NCBI GenBank assembly: GCA_965197525.1
Contig: OZ240211.1
Location: 1,824,001 to 1,888,000, forward strand
Source: Nitrosopumilus sp.
Lineage (GTDB): Archaea > Thermoproteota > Nitrososphaeria > Nitrososphaerales > Nitrosopumilaceae
Length of the DNA stretch: 64,000 nt
Reading direction: 5' to 3'
The position numbers were made by a program, and so were the translations under genes. Positions 52,349 to 62,654 of the stretch are shown in pieces. The first letter of the stretch is position 1. Each line of letters begins with the position of its first letter. The notes beneath the pieces were generated by a model. It was not told where the DNA came from and ran no database searches. It saw only the letters and a program-made list of their open reading frames with translations.

Positions 52349-52957
52349 CTAACTTTTTATCTGCGTTCTTACTTTTTCTAAAATAGTTTTGTCTATCAGA
52401 TTCTGTTCGTGCAATGCTTCTGTGATCTGTAAAATATTTAAAATTGCATGCATCTTTACGCCTACCTCTGATAATGCATCTTGTGCCCCCTGCATTCTGT
52501 CAACAATAACGTATGCATGTTTTACTGTTACTTTTGCATCTTTGAGTATATTTACTGCGTTTACAACCGAACCTCCTGTTGTTGCAACATCATCAACCAT
52601 TACTGCGTTGATACCTTGATTGGGTATTACTCCTTCCACTGATTTTGATGTGCCGTAATCTTTTGGTTTACTTCGCACATAGATTAGGGGTTTTAGTGTC
52701 TGAGCAGCTAACGCAGTTCCAATTATTAATCCTCCCGTAGGAACTGACACAATCGTGTCAAATTCATCTAATCCGATATTTTGTATAATCTCGCTTTGAA
52801 GATATTTTATCATGGTTCTAAATTCATGAGGATAGCTAGGAACTAGCCTCAAATCTACGTAGTATGGACTCTTTTTGCCACTAGCAAGCGTAAATTCACC
52901 GAACTTTATGATGCCTTTTTGATGTAAAAATACTGCAAATTCTTTTACAAACTCCAT
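52349..52957 (-). CDS. pyrE: Orotate phosphoribosyltransferase
   Basis: FTLASGKKSPYYVDLR and VDDVATTGGS. Confidence 0.96.
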   Translation of the reverse strand: MEFVKEFAVFLHQKGIIKFGEFTLASGKKSPYYVDLRLVPSYPHEFRTMIKYLQSEIIQNIGLDEFDTIVSVPTGGLIIGTALAAQTLKPLIYVRSKPKDYGTSKSVEGVIPNQGINAVMVDDVATTGGSVVNAVNILKDAKVTVKHAYVIVDRMQGAQDALSEVGVKMHAILNILQITEALHEQNLIDKTILEKVRTQIKS

Positions 52958-53007
52958 AATGTTATCAACTACACTTGATTTATTTTAGTTTGTATTGTAT
53001 ACCAAGC

Positions 53008-54132
53008 ATGCCTGAAATTTGGTTAAACTATGGTGTTACAGATGTTGTTCTGGATATAAAAACAGAGAATTTGGAACATAGGATTGATTCTACAGGCAAA
53101 ATTTTAGATGATGATGCCATAAACGAGAAACTAAACACGCTTGATCTGTCAAAACCAATGGACCTTGTTGTATTACACAACTCTAAAGCAATTCAAAAGA
53201 TAATATCGTCCCTGTTTTTACTGTGTGAACAAAAATCAAAACCGTTTCCAAATATTCTAGCCGAGAAGGGCATATTAAATCTGGTACAATCTCAAATGCC
53301 TGAAGGGAGCTCAATTAGCGAATTTGATATGGGCAGTAGAAACAACAACAGTAGCGATGCAGGTAATAACAGTCTCTCAAACTCTAATCTTGTGTTTATG
53401 GGCGAGATGGAGTTTGACGGACTGTTTGGATACAAGACTATTGCCACACGTCTTGTCAAAAAATTCAGCCAAGAATCCATGCTTTTAGCATACGCAAAAC
53501 GACAAGGCAACCTTCCTGCTCCTGGTAAATCTTCTGAGAGTCTGGCTGAGGCAAAAAAGTTTACAGATAATTTTGAGATTCAAGGCATTGAGCTAGTGGC
53601 AAACTCTGATGGCATTGTGGATTTTACAATAGATCATCCCTCAAAGACTATTGCAACAACAACCAAGGTTTTGGAGTCTCACGGAGTCAAGGATATAGGT
53701 CCACAACAAAAGACGATGGTAATCAGTACCGGTAAAGATTCAAGCAATGATACCCTTGGTAACTCTCTCTCCTCTTTGTGGAACTGTTTTAATGCAGTCA
53801 AAAAAGACGGTCTTGCAATCTTGGTATCTGAATGTAAGGGTGGTTTGGGTTCTGATGCGCTTCAACAATACATTGAAGGTAGATTAACTCTTGAACAGCT
53901 GCGAAACCCCACTCGATACGTTGGTGGAATGGAGGATCTGCTATTCTTATCTGAGATTAGAAAGAACTTTCAAATAGGACTAGTCTCAATTCTGCCTGAA
54001 TTTTATACAAAGAAACTCGGCATGATCCCGCTGGCTGGAATAAAATACTCACTTGACTATATCCTTAAAACGCAAGGTGCAAGACAAAAAGTCAGTATCG
54101 TTACTGACGGTGCTAGACTCTTGTTAAGGTAG
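53008..54132 (+). CDS. LarA/DUF2088-like (lactate racemase-domain) protein
   Basis: WLNYG start; AVKKDGLAILVSECKGGLGS. Confidence 0.65.
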   Translation: MPEIWLNYGVTDVVLDIKTENLEHRIDSTGKILDDDAINEKLNTLDLSKPMDLVVLHNSKAIQKIISSLFLLCEQKSKPFPNILAEKGILNLVQSQMPEGSSISEFDMGSRNNNSSDAGNNSLSNSNLVFMGEMEFDGLFGYKTIATRLVKKFSQESMLLAYAKRQGNLPAPGKSSESLAEAKKFTDNFEIQGIELVANSDGIVDFTIDHPSKTIATTTKVLESHGVKDIGPQQKTMVISTGKDSSNDTLGNSLSSLWNCFNAVKKDGLAILVSECKGGLGSDALQQYIEGRLTLEQLRNPTRYVGGMEDLLFLSEIRKNFQIGLVSILPEFYTKKLGMIPLAGIKYSLDYILKTQGARQKVSIVTDGARLLLR

Positions 54133-55257
54133 GATGCCTGATAACAGATCATGTGGCAGCGGAGCACACAAAATTGCCAATCCTACAATTCCAATGTATG
54201 CCAACTTTCTATTCCTTGAGAGTGGTGAGATATCATCAAGCGGCGTAGCACTGGGATTTCTTAAACCCATTACAAAGATCAAGGCTGCCATCAACCAATA
54301 GTTTAACAGAACTAGAATTACCATACTTGCATAGGTGGCGTATTTGTGCAGTTTTACACCTAGTAGCGTTCTTGCCATGTGCCCACCATCTAACTGCCAC
54401 GCAGGCAACAAATTCAAGAATGTAATCAGGAATCCTATCCATGCTGCAAACATCACAGGAGTCAGGATTATCTGCTGTTCTGCCCCTCCTTTGCCAAACA
54501 ATGCCAAGCTCGCAGTCATTAGTAATGGCTCTCCCCAATCCCAATCACTTAACACATCATTTCTAAATAATTCATTTGCAACTCCGGGTTCTAAAACCGG
54601 TGCTGTATAAGCTCCATACATCGAAACTATTACTGCGATGATCAACCCTGCAATAGGACCTGCAATTGCAACATCAAACAATATCTCTCTGTTAATTGTC
54701 AATCCTTTTGACTGGATAAACGCACCAAATGTGGGGATGCCAAATATCGGTATTCCAGGAATAAAGTAAGGCCAAGTTGTCTTCAATCCATGTATCTTTG
54801 CTGCAACAATGTGTCCCAACTCATGCACTCCCAAAATTCCCAGCAGTGATACTGTATAGATTATTGCTATCTCTAGGGGCTGACCTATTGGTATTATCGA
54901 ATTTGTCAGAGAAGCTCTATGATATCCATCAATCATTACAAATGCTATAACGACTGCAAACAAAATACGTGGAGTCCACGTGGCACTCATCCATCTTCCC
55001 TGTTTTTTTGGCGTGAATTTTTGTATCATTACATAAATTTCTACATCGTTTACTTTTTGCAAACTACACATATATCTCATATTTTCCAATCTTTTTGCCA
55101 GATTTTCAAACTTTGATTTAAAATCCGCATCCTCTATCCTAAACTCCAAGGAGAATTCCGTCTTTACAAAGTCACTGACCTCAAATATGGAATTGACTAT
55201 GGCGATTACGTCTTCCTGTGAAGAGGGGTCTTCTTCCATACTTGTGGTCGTTTTCAT
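54124..55257 (-). CDS. Site-2 (M50) intramembrane metalloprotease
   Basis: HELGH, AIAGP and NLLPAWQLDGGH. Confidence 0.93.
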   Translation of the reverse strand: MKTTTSMEEDPSSQEDVIAIVNSIFEVSDFVKTEFSLEFRIEDADFKSKFENLAKRLENMRYMCSLQKVNDVEIYVMIQKFTPKKQGRWMSATWTPRILFAVVIAFVMIDGYHRASLTNSIIPIGQPLEIAIIYTVSLLGILGVHELGHIVAAKIHGLKTTWPYFIPGIPIFGIPTFGAFIQSKGLTINREILFDVAIAGPIAGLIIAVIVSMYGAYTAPVLEPGVANELFRNDVLSDWDWGEPLLMTASLALFGKGGAEQQIILTPVMFAAWIGFLITFLNLLPAWQLDGGHMARTLLGVKLHKYATYASMVILVLLNYWLMAALIFVMGLRNPSATPLDDISPLSRNRKLAYIGIVGLAILCAPLPHDLLSGILP

Positions 55258-55314
55258 CCATTAATGATCTTTTTGTTTAAAATTAAATATTGATGGTTTT
55301 ATAGTCATTATATA

Positions 55315-55812
55315 ATGCAGGTAATTCTCAGACAGCTAGGCAACTGTGATATACGACGAGCAGGGCCAAGCGATCTAATCTCAGTCATGGAGATCAACCT
55401 AAAGACCCTGCCTGAACACTATTCTGATTATTTCTATGAGAGCCTGTTATCAGAACTCCCTGAAGCGTTCTTGGTAGCAGAGATTGGCAACAAACATGTC
55501 GGATACATCATGTGTAAGACTGAATTTGGCTTTTCGAATTTTAAAAAATTAGGCTTTGTTAAAAAAGGCCACGTGGTTTCTATTGCGGTTCTTGATGAGT
55601 ATCGTCGTAAAGGTATTGGCAATGCGTTAGTAGAGGAATCAGTCAATGGTGTAAAGATACGAAACTGTGATGAATTTTATCTAGAGGTAAGGTGTAGTAA
55701 CATTGCTGCTGTCAGGCTATATGAGAAACTCGGATTTGCCATTAGGCAGCAATTAAACGCATACTATCGAGACGGCGAGGACGCCTATCTTATGGCCATC
55801 GAACTAGATTAG
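55315..55812 (+). CDS. Ard1/RimI-type N-terminal acetyltransferase
   Basis: LPEHY, HVVSIAV, RRKGIG, LEVR and YYRDGEDA. Confidence 0.92.
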   Translation: MQVILRQLGNCDIRRAGPSDLISVMEINLKTLPEHYSDYFYESLLSELPEAFLVAEIGNKHVGYIMCKTEFGFSNFKKLGFVKKGHVVSIAVLDEYRRKGIGNALVEESVNGVKIRNCDEFYLEVRCSNIAAVRLYEKLGFAIRQQLNAYYRDGEDAYLMAIELD

Positions 55813-55850
55813 TTCAAACCAATAAATAACTCACAAAAAAATTATTTTAT

Positions 55851-56069
55851 ATGAACAGACGAAAAGGGGTCGGAATTACTATTTTTATACTGTGTATAGG
55901 CGGCTTTTTTCTTTATGCGTATTTATTAATGCTGTCTGAGTGGAGTCCCATAGTATTGCAATTGTCTGTCTTGATGATTGCAGGCGGAATCTTGGGGGTA
56001 GTTGCATGGATTGGTTATGTAATGGCAACAACAAAGCCGTCCCCTGCATCAATTACATCTGATGATTAG
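55851..56069 (+). CDS. Small two-TM membrane protein
   Basis: Two hydrophobic helices; WIGYVMATT. Confidence 0.7.
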   Translation: MNRRKGVGITIFILCIGGFFLYAYLLMLSEWSPIVLQLSVLMIAGGILGVVAWIGYVMATTKPSPASITSDD

Positions 56070-56092
56070 GGCAATGGAACAAGAAGACACTA

Positions 56093-56932
56093 CTATTTGA
56101 AAATTTTTACGTCAACTACTGTCTGATAGTATCGTGGACCTACGGGTCTTACTATCTTTGAGTATAGAATTTCTGATTTGACAGGTGTAATATCCATATA
56201 GTGTTCTTCTGAGAGTCTGCCTGCATCTGATTTCTTGTCTGCATGAATGTGTGAGTAATAATGAATAACACCGCCATCCTTTGTCGTATTGATTGCAGTC
56301 TCTAAAAACTCATCTGATCTCTCAGGCAACAACATCAATGTTCTATCTGACTCTTTGATCAGTTTGTTTTTGATGATCTCTGCCGTATCACCGTTTATTG
56401 ACACTACCTGACCTCGCATCTTCTTATTTAGTTTGATGTTTGCCTCACACAGTCTTGATGCCACAGGATTGATATCAAGACTATACACCATACATCTTTT
56501 ATTTTTAGCAGCCATTATGGAGAACATTCCAACTCCTGCAAACATGTTAGTAACCACCTCTCCGTCCTTGACTAGATTTGCTATACGTTCTCTCTCAGTT
56601 GACAATCGGGGTGAAAAAAATGCGTTTTTTACATCCACTCTGAACCTGCATCCAAACTCTTTGTACTCTGTCTCTGTATTGTCCTCTCCTGCAAGAATTT
56701 CTAGACTCCTTGTACGAAAATCTCCCTCTACTGCTGTACTCTGGTAAAACACGCTCTTTGCTATGCTTACCTCGTCTAGCAGTGTCTTGCCAATAATCTT
56801 CTTTTTTGATAACAGTGGCTCTGGAATTCTAATAATAATTATATTGCCAATCTGATCAAATGCTGAAACCAGCTCCTCTCTCTCCTTTACCGTTAGAATA
56901 TCTTCTAGTGCCTTTTTTAGCATTCTAGTCAT
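56093..56932 (-). CDS. Trm5/Taw2-family tRNA methyltransferase
   Basis: FDQIGNI, FFSPRLSTER, MFAGVG and DINP. Confidence 0.9.
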   Translation of the reverse strand: MTRMLKKALEDILTVKEREELVSAFDQIGNIIIIRIPEPLLSKKKIIGKTLLDEVSIAKSVFYQSTAVEGDFRTRSLEILAGEDNTETEYKEFGCRFRVDVKNAFFSPRLSTERERIANLVKDGEVVTNMFAGVGMFSIMAAKNKRCMVYSLDINPVASRLCEANIKLNKKMRGQVVSINGDTAEIIKNKLIKESDRTLMLLPERSDEFLETAINTTKDGGVIHYYSHIHADKKSDAGRLSEEHYMDITPVKSEILYSKIVRPVGPRYYQTVVDVKIFK

Positions 56933-57028
56933 CGTTTGTGATGCTATAACATCAAATATAATTTCTAGGCGACATTGTTTTTCAGTCTTTTTTTTTGCTG
57001 ATACGATAAATACAGCCGTTTTTGTACA

Positions 57029-58816
57029 TCAATTCTTGTAGTAGAAATTTCCAGTAATCTTTTGCTCTTTGTCTAATCTGCTCTCTAGTTTATTTACACG
57101 TGGTCTCTGACTTTTTTCATCTCTTCTAAATGATATATCAAGTGATTTGAGAAATCTATTCATCGCATCTGATTTTGGCATTGGCGATGTAGCAGTTCCT
57201 GATATACCTGACACGCCTTCAAAGATTATCATCGTATCTGATACTAGATCCATCAGTTGCAAGTCATGATCAATTATGACTGCAGATCTTCCAAAAGAAC
57301 GCACAAACTTTTGCAGAAATTTTGCAATAGCGATTCTATCTTCTACATCCAAAAACGCAGAGGGCTCATCTAATGCATACAAGTCAACTTTCTGTAACAG
57401 ACACGACGCAACTGCCACTTTTTGCAGCTCTCCTCCTGAGAGATTCTTTATAGATTTGTTGTAGAGTTTTTTAATCTTCAACGGATCTAGTATCTGTTCT
57501 TCTTGCATGCTGCCCTCAATCGGATCCTCGTTTACTTTCTCTAATAGTGATATGACTTCCACATCGAGATTATTTTGAAGATATTGTGGCTTGTATGCTA
57601 TCTTGATCTTTTTATCAATACTGCCTGTATCTGGTTTTTGAACTCCTGCAATCATCTTCATCATGGTTGTTTTACCTAGCGCATTAGCACCCATTATGCC
57701 TAAAATCTCTCCTTTTCTTACCTGACCTGGCTGAATTTCTACTGAAAACGAAGGGTATCTCTTCTCTAGTCTTGGATATGTGACAACTTCACTGTCTTTT
57801 TGAAATATCTCAGTAGTTGACGTTGAGACGTCAAATGAGAATTTCTTGTCCCGAAACCTTACATTCTCGTTTGGCAGATACCCGTCAAGAAATACGTTGA
57901 TTCCAACCTTGGTTGATAAAATATTTGAGACGATTCCATATGCTGCTGGTTCTCCGTATAACACCTCTATGTAGTCACTTAGGAAATCCAATAACGTTAG
58001 ATCGTGCTCCACTACCATTACACTCTTCCCAATCCTTGCCAAGTTTTGTATGACTCTTGCAACTCCTGTTCTCTGAAAGACATCATTGTATGATGACGGT
58101 TCATCAAAAAAGTAAAACTCTGTATCCTTTGCTGCAGCAACTGCTACTGCAATTCTTTGCAGTTCTCCTCCACTCAATTCCTTTAAATCCTGTTCCATGG
58201 AGTTTTGCAATCCTAATTCTCTGATCAACTCTCTTGATACTCCTCTCTGATCATATTTGTCAAGTAACTCATTTCCTGTTCCGTTAAACGCCTGTGCAAT
58301 CTGATGAACTTGTTGCGGTTTGATTGATGCTCTGATCTGGTTTTGCTGTATCTTTTCAAAATGCGCTTTGAGCTCTGTTCCGCTATAATATTTTAAAATC
58401 TCATCCCACTGTGGCGGATTGTCATATCGTCCCAAGTTTGGTTTTAGGTTTCCTGATAGGATGTTGACTACTGTACTCTTTCCCATTCCGTTTCTTCCTA
58501 ACAGTCCTACAACCTCTCCCTTCTTTGGCGTAGGCAATCTGTAAAGTCGAAATGAGTTGTTTCCATATTGGTGAATTTTGTCAGTTGCCAGTTCGCTTGC
58601 CAGGTTTACTATTGTTATTGCATCAAATGGGCACACCTTGACACATATTCCACACCCATTACAGATATCTTCGTCAATCTGGGCCTTTTTTGATTCTTCA
58701 TTTAGAATGATACATTCAGCACCTGATTTGTTGACTGGACAGTACTTTATACACTCTAAACCGCATTTTTTTGGTTGGCACAAATCCTTGTCTAATACTG
58801 CTACTCTATGTGTCAT
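57029..58816 (-). CDS. rli: Ribosome recycling ATPase ABCE1/RLI
   Basis: N-terminal 2x[4Fe-4S] and two ABC domains with LSGGELQ. Confidence 0.97.
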   Translation of the reverse strand: MTHRVAVLDKDLCQPKKCGLECIKYCPVNKSGAECIILNEESKKAQIDEDICNGCGICVKVCPFDAITIVNLASELATDKIHQYGNNSFRLYRLPTPKKGEVVGLLGRNGMGKSTVVNILSGNLKPNLGRYDNPPQWDEILKYYSGTELKAHFEKIQQNQIRASIKPQQVHQIAQAFNGTGNELLDKYDQRGVSRELIRELGLQNSMEQDLKELSGGELQRIAVAVAAAKDTEFYFFDEPSSYNDVFQRTGVARVIQNLARIGKSVMVVEHDLTLLDFLSDYIEVLYGEPAAYGIVSNILSTKVGINVFLDGYLPNENVRFRDKKFSFDVSTSTTEIFQKDSEVVTYPRLEKRYPSFSVEIQPGQVRKGEILGIMGANALGKTTMMKMIAGVQKPDTGSIDKKIKIAYKPQYLQNNLDVEVISLLEKVNEDPIEGSMQEEQILDPLKIKKLYNKSIKNLSGGELQKVAVASCLLQKVDLYALDEPSAFLDVEDRIAIAKFLQKFVRSFGRSAVIIDHDLQLMDLVSDTMIIFEGVSGISGTATSPMPKSDAMNRFLKSLDISFRRDEKSQRPRVNKLESRLDKEQKITGNFYYKN

Positions 58817-59398
58817 GTTGTAACTGGATATCTTCTTTGTTTTATACCTATTTTGGGCATTATGGGAGATGATCTGCTACTCTAACTGCATGTCTTGTTA
58901 TGTTCATAGGCATGCTTGAATCTTACTTGTAAGTGGCTACCATCTTGAGGCAACAAGTCAGCATACAGTCATGCCTTACTTGTTTTATCATGTAGAGCAT
59001 CCATTTGACGCATAAGATGTGCTTGGATTTTTTCTTTGTGCCCTATACAAACCAAGAGTTGTATGCACAGTCTCTGCATACTGGCAGTGCTTGCACATGT
59101 CAAAGAATCGGTCCAAAAAGTCGCCATAACCGTACCAAAACGTTGTGCTTCTCAGAGAATTAAATCTCTAGGTTTGACAAAAATAACGCACTCATACTTT
59201 TAAATGCCTTTTCTGTGTAGACTTGTTGGAATTTGCGGTTTTATTTCACACGGTTTTATTTCATGCAGTTATGAGAAACTCACATTCTCCACTTTACCTC
59301 CACATCTACAAAAATGTTGTTTTCGATGCGTTTTTATTCATAAATTATGATGATTTAGGAAAAAATACATCCCATCTACTGATTTAAGGAAGAAAAAG

Positions 59399-60271
59399 CT
59401 ATTGATATTTTTTATGATCTCTTAGATATTTTGATACAAACCATTTCACAAAAATCATGCTGTTGTTTTGTATCTGTGACGCCTCTAATTTTTTAATGTA
59501 TGTGAGTTTTTCTTTTGGTAAGATGTTCATTAAAGGGTATCCATTTTTGTGTAAAATTAGCAACATCAACAATCTACCAATCCTACCATTTCCATCTATG
59601 AACGGGTGTATCATCTCAAATCTTTTATGAAATATTGCAGATAATATCACTGGATTTAATTTATTTTTATTTTTAGAGTGCCATTTCAAAAGTTTCTCCA
59701 CATCTGGAATCACATCTGCCCACAATACATATTCTGTTTTTCCTCCATACACAGCAACGTCTTCTCGTCTAAAACTTCCCGCATTATTTGTGTCTGTTTT
59801 TTCAAATAGTTTTTCATGCCAATCAAGAATTAATTTTTTGGAAATGTCGGATTTTATTACAAGTAACTCGTCAAATATTTTTTCTATTTGTTTAACTTCT
59901 ATAATATGCTCTGTTGCAGTGTCTTTTGGAGATAAATTGTATTCTAGTAGTTTTTTTGTCTGTCCGTATGTCATGGTACTGCCCTCTATTCTTTGCGTAC
60001 TGTAGATGTGATGTATTTTGAATTCATGATTCTCAGATTGTATGATTTTTGGATCTACTGCAATGATACGCTTTGAATAATTATCACGTATTTCCTCCAA
60101 TAATGGGATGTTCTCTTTTGCAAACATCTCTTCTTCAAATCCTAGTTTGATTGAACCAATGTTTTTTGGGATTTGTTTGCCAAGGTATCTTTCATGTAGA
60201 GTTTTGCCTGAATGGTAAATCAAATAGTAATAATACTCATTTCCGATTTTTCTTTTGATTATTGAAACCAT
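59399..60271 (-). CDS. Fic-family protein
   Basis: HPFIDGNGRIGR motif. Confidence 0.93.
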   Translation of the reverse strand: MVSIIKRKIGNEYYYYLIYHSGKTLHERYLGKQIPKNIGSIKLGFEEEMFAKENIPLLEEIRDNYSKRIIAVDPKIIQSENHEFKIHHIYSTQRIEGSTMTYGQTKKLLEYNLSPKDTATEHIIEVKQIEKIFDELLVIKSDISKKLILDWHEKLFEKTDTNNAGSFRREDVAVYGGKTEYVLWADVIPDVEKLLKWHSKNKNKLNPVILSAIFHKRFEMIHPFIDGNGRIGRLLMLLILHKNGYPLMNILPKEKLTYIKKLEASQIQNNSMIFVKWFVSKYLRDHKKYQ

Positions 60272-60359
60272 ATGATTCTTTACCCAACTAAACGTTTTAT
60301 CTTTTTTAAAATTATAAAATTATGTTGGGTAATAATTTAATATTATTGATGTTGAATCT

Positions 60360-60660
60360 TGAGAAAATCGACCCACATACAAGTCGACGAAAAGCGGAGA
60401 AGATGTGAGTTGTATCTAAAGATCAAGTGGAATAGAAAATACCTCTTTACCATGCTTGATTTAAAAACAGGATTCTGGTTATCCCATAGTATCAGCACCC
60501 AAGGTAAGTGATGATGTAACTTTGATGTTTAAAGACATCAAAAAGAAGTCAGGTATGGTGCCTGCCAACCTAATCTCTGGGGAGGGGCTGCAAATTTTCA
60601 TCATATCTGAAAGGAGCAATACAAACCAGAGCTTTCTGCACAAGAAAGCAGAACACCAGC
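60360..60660 (+). pseudogene. IS6-like DDE transposase remnant
   Basis: ELYLKIKWNRKYLFTMLDLKTGFW, then DDVTLMFK..VPANLIS, then AANFHHI*KEQY across frameshifts. Confidence 0.75.
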
Positions 60661-60736
60661 CTTTTTTTTTGGCTCTCAATAACCCCACAGAACCATTTTT
60701 CCTAAATTTTTTATATCTTTTAATTATGGCAAAACT

Positions 60737-61183
60737 ATGAAATTATTTATCAAGCAAGCCAAGCGGTCAGATGCTACAGAGTTCTATCGATTAGAGGCAG
60801 AATGTTTTGAGATGAAACGGGATGGTGACGCAATATATTTTTGGGTACCGATGCTCGATCATCAGTTTTGTTTCAAGGCTGTCATTGATGATAAAATAGT
60901 TGGAGGTATCATAGCAATGTCTACCAAAAAAGCGGGCACTCTATACATAAATTCTTTATTTGTTGATCCAAAGTATCGTGGACTCAAAATAGCTAATAAA
61001 TTATTAAAAAAAGTTTTCTCCCTGTCACCAACCAATAATATTGTACTGGAGATGAATCCTGAATTCAAACATCTGTATGCATTATACACAAAACATGGAT
61101 TTAAAAAAACACACTTTTCAAAAAACCACTTTACTGATGGCGAAGATCGTATCTTAATGTTACGAAAACCATCCGTATCTTAG
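60737..61183 (+). CDS. GNAT acetyltransferase
   Basis: LFVDPKYRGLKIA and LYTKHGF. Confidence 0.9.
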   Translation: MKLFIKQAKRSDATEFYRLEAECFEMKRDGDAIYFWVPMLDHQFCFKAVIDDKIVGGIIAMSTKKAGTLYINSLFVDPKYRGLKIANKLLKKVFSLSPTNNIVLEMNPEFKHLYALYTKHGFKKTHFSKNHFTDGEDRILMLRKPSVS

Positions 61184-61752
61184 GGATTGTTGCATACCAA
61201 ACGCCTATACAGTATTTATAAAATTATTTCTATAAAATATCTATAATCAAACATCTAAAATATATAATTAATGTGTATATGACTAGATATCTTATTTAGA
61301 GTTAGATGATTTTGTATGTTACCGGTATTTTATTTTCCATTTATTTGCACATTGATCTCAAAGCTCTAAAACCAATCTCTTGTTACATTGATTTGGTAGT
61401 TATTCCTCCAACGATTATAATATCATTTTTAATGACGTTCAAAAAATATCTCTGAACTATTTTTCTCTGCTGATTTTACATACTATGGCTTACTCAGACT
61501 ATATGCTATAATTGATATGAACTATTTGCTAAATACACGAGATTTAGACGAACAGATTGCAGATTGACAGCTTGGCATAATTTACTATTCTTGCGTGACT
61601 GACTAGTTGTAACACACAATCTAAATCTAAAATATCTAATCTTTGGTAAAACGTGCTCAATTTGATACTGGTTTACAGATATCTAATGCGTCTGAGACTA
61701 TTGTTCTGTCCTGCGTTATGTTAATAGGTACGAATTTGGCATAGAAATTCAA

Positions 61753-61866
61753 GCCGGCCATAGCGTTAGGGTGCGACCCAATCCCTTTCCGAACTTGGAA
61801 GTCAAACCTGATGTCGCCGTTGTGCTACTAAGATGCGAGAGCTCTTGGGAAGCAACGGTGCTGGCA
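61753..61866 (+). rRNA. rrf: 5S rRNA (unlinked)
   Basis: GCCGGC..GCTGGC terminal helix; CCGAAC and GAAGTCAA motifs; ~115 nt. Confidence 0.92.
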
Positions 61867-61911
61867 TTCTTCTTCAATCTTTTAATATCTGCATTTATCC
61901 CGTTCTATTAT

Positions 61912-62040
61912 ATGAAAAATTGTACAGTCTGTGGCCAAGAATTTTCTGACGATATCCGTTTTCTAAACCATATGATGGAAAAACATGGTTTTAGGAATCC
62001 AAATGTTGGCAAACCTGATCGAAATAGTAGAGGATACTAA
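61912..62040 (+). CDS. Small C2H2 zinc-finger protein
   Basis: CTVC-x12-HMMEKH. Confidence 0.7.
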   Translation: MKNCTVCGQEFSDDIRFLNHMMEKHGFRNPNVGKPDRNSRGY

Positions 62041-62162
62041 TTCACACTATATCTTTCTCCATCAAATGACGTTGCATCCAAACTCTCAAGACATGTATCA
62101 TATGTTCTATGATCACAGCGTCCTGTTATGACATTTAATTATTAGTATCGTCAAATACAGTC

Positions 62163-62549
62163 ATGAAGCAGTATACCGCGCTTGTCGGGATAGGAATCGG
62201 GGTAATTGGATTGATGGCAGTTATGTTTGGCGCAGATATACTCAAGCTGTCAGTGGCTACACAAAAACACGACATATTTGTAGATCCTATCATTGACAAA
62301 CAAAGTCTGTTTGTGATGGGTCGAGTAACAGTACAAAACACAGGTTCTGAACCCCTTACCAATATTCACATTAATTTTGGAGACGGTGATACACTTGATA
62401 TCGGGGAACTTCGAGCCGGACAGAAGATAATCGTATCGCCTCCGCCGGATAACTCTATGGAATTTGTAATGATCAATGCTGACAACGATGTCTTTGTAAA
62501 CAAATCTTACCGAGAGCTGCCAAAGATGGTGGGCATGATGGGTTCTTGA
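62163..62549 (+). CDS. Membrane-anchored Ig-like hypothetical protein
   Basis: N-terminal TM; VTVQNTGSEPLTNI. Confidence 0.75.
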   Translation: MKQYTALVGIGIGVIGLMAVMFGADILKLSVATQKHDIFVDPIIDKQSLFVMGRVTVQNTGSEPLTNIHINFGDGDTLDIGELRAGQKIIVSPPPDNSMEFVMINADNDVFVNKSYRELPKMVGMMGS

Positions 62550-62654
62550 CCGATGCCTATTTGCATCTAACACAAAAATGTATATTACACCAATGTGACT
62601 GTTGCAAAAAATGTAACAAAGCATCTTGTCGTGTGTTTTGATGACTTTTTTTGA

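Noticed and set aside
58860-59390. Protein-like Cys-containing fragments on the minus strand
   Set aside because: Multiple stops and no family recognised; cannot support a call.
60522-60740. 72-aa ORF upstream of the GNAT
   Set aside because: It is a reading frame of the IS6 remnant.
61771-61911. 5' part of the 89-aa ORF
   Set aside because: Overlaps 5S rRNA; only the zinc-finger part from ATG 61912 was kept.
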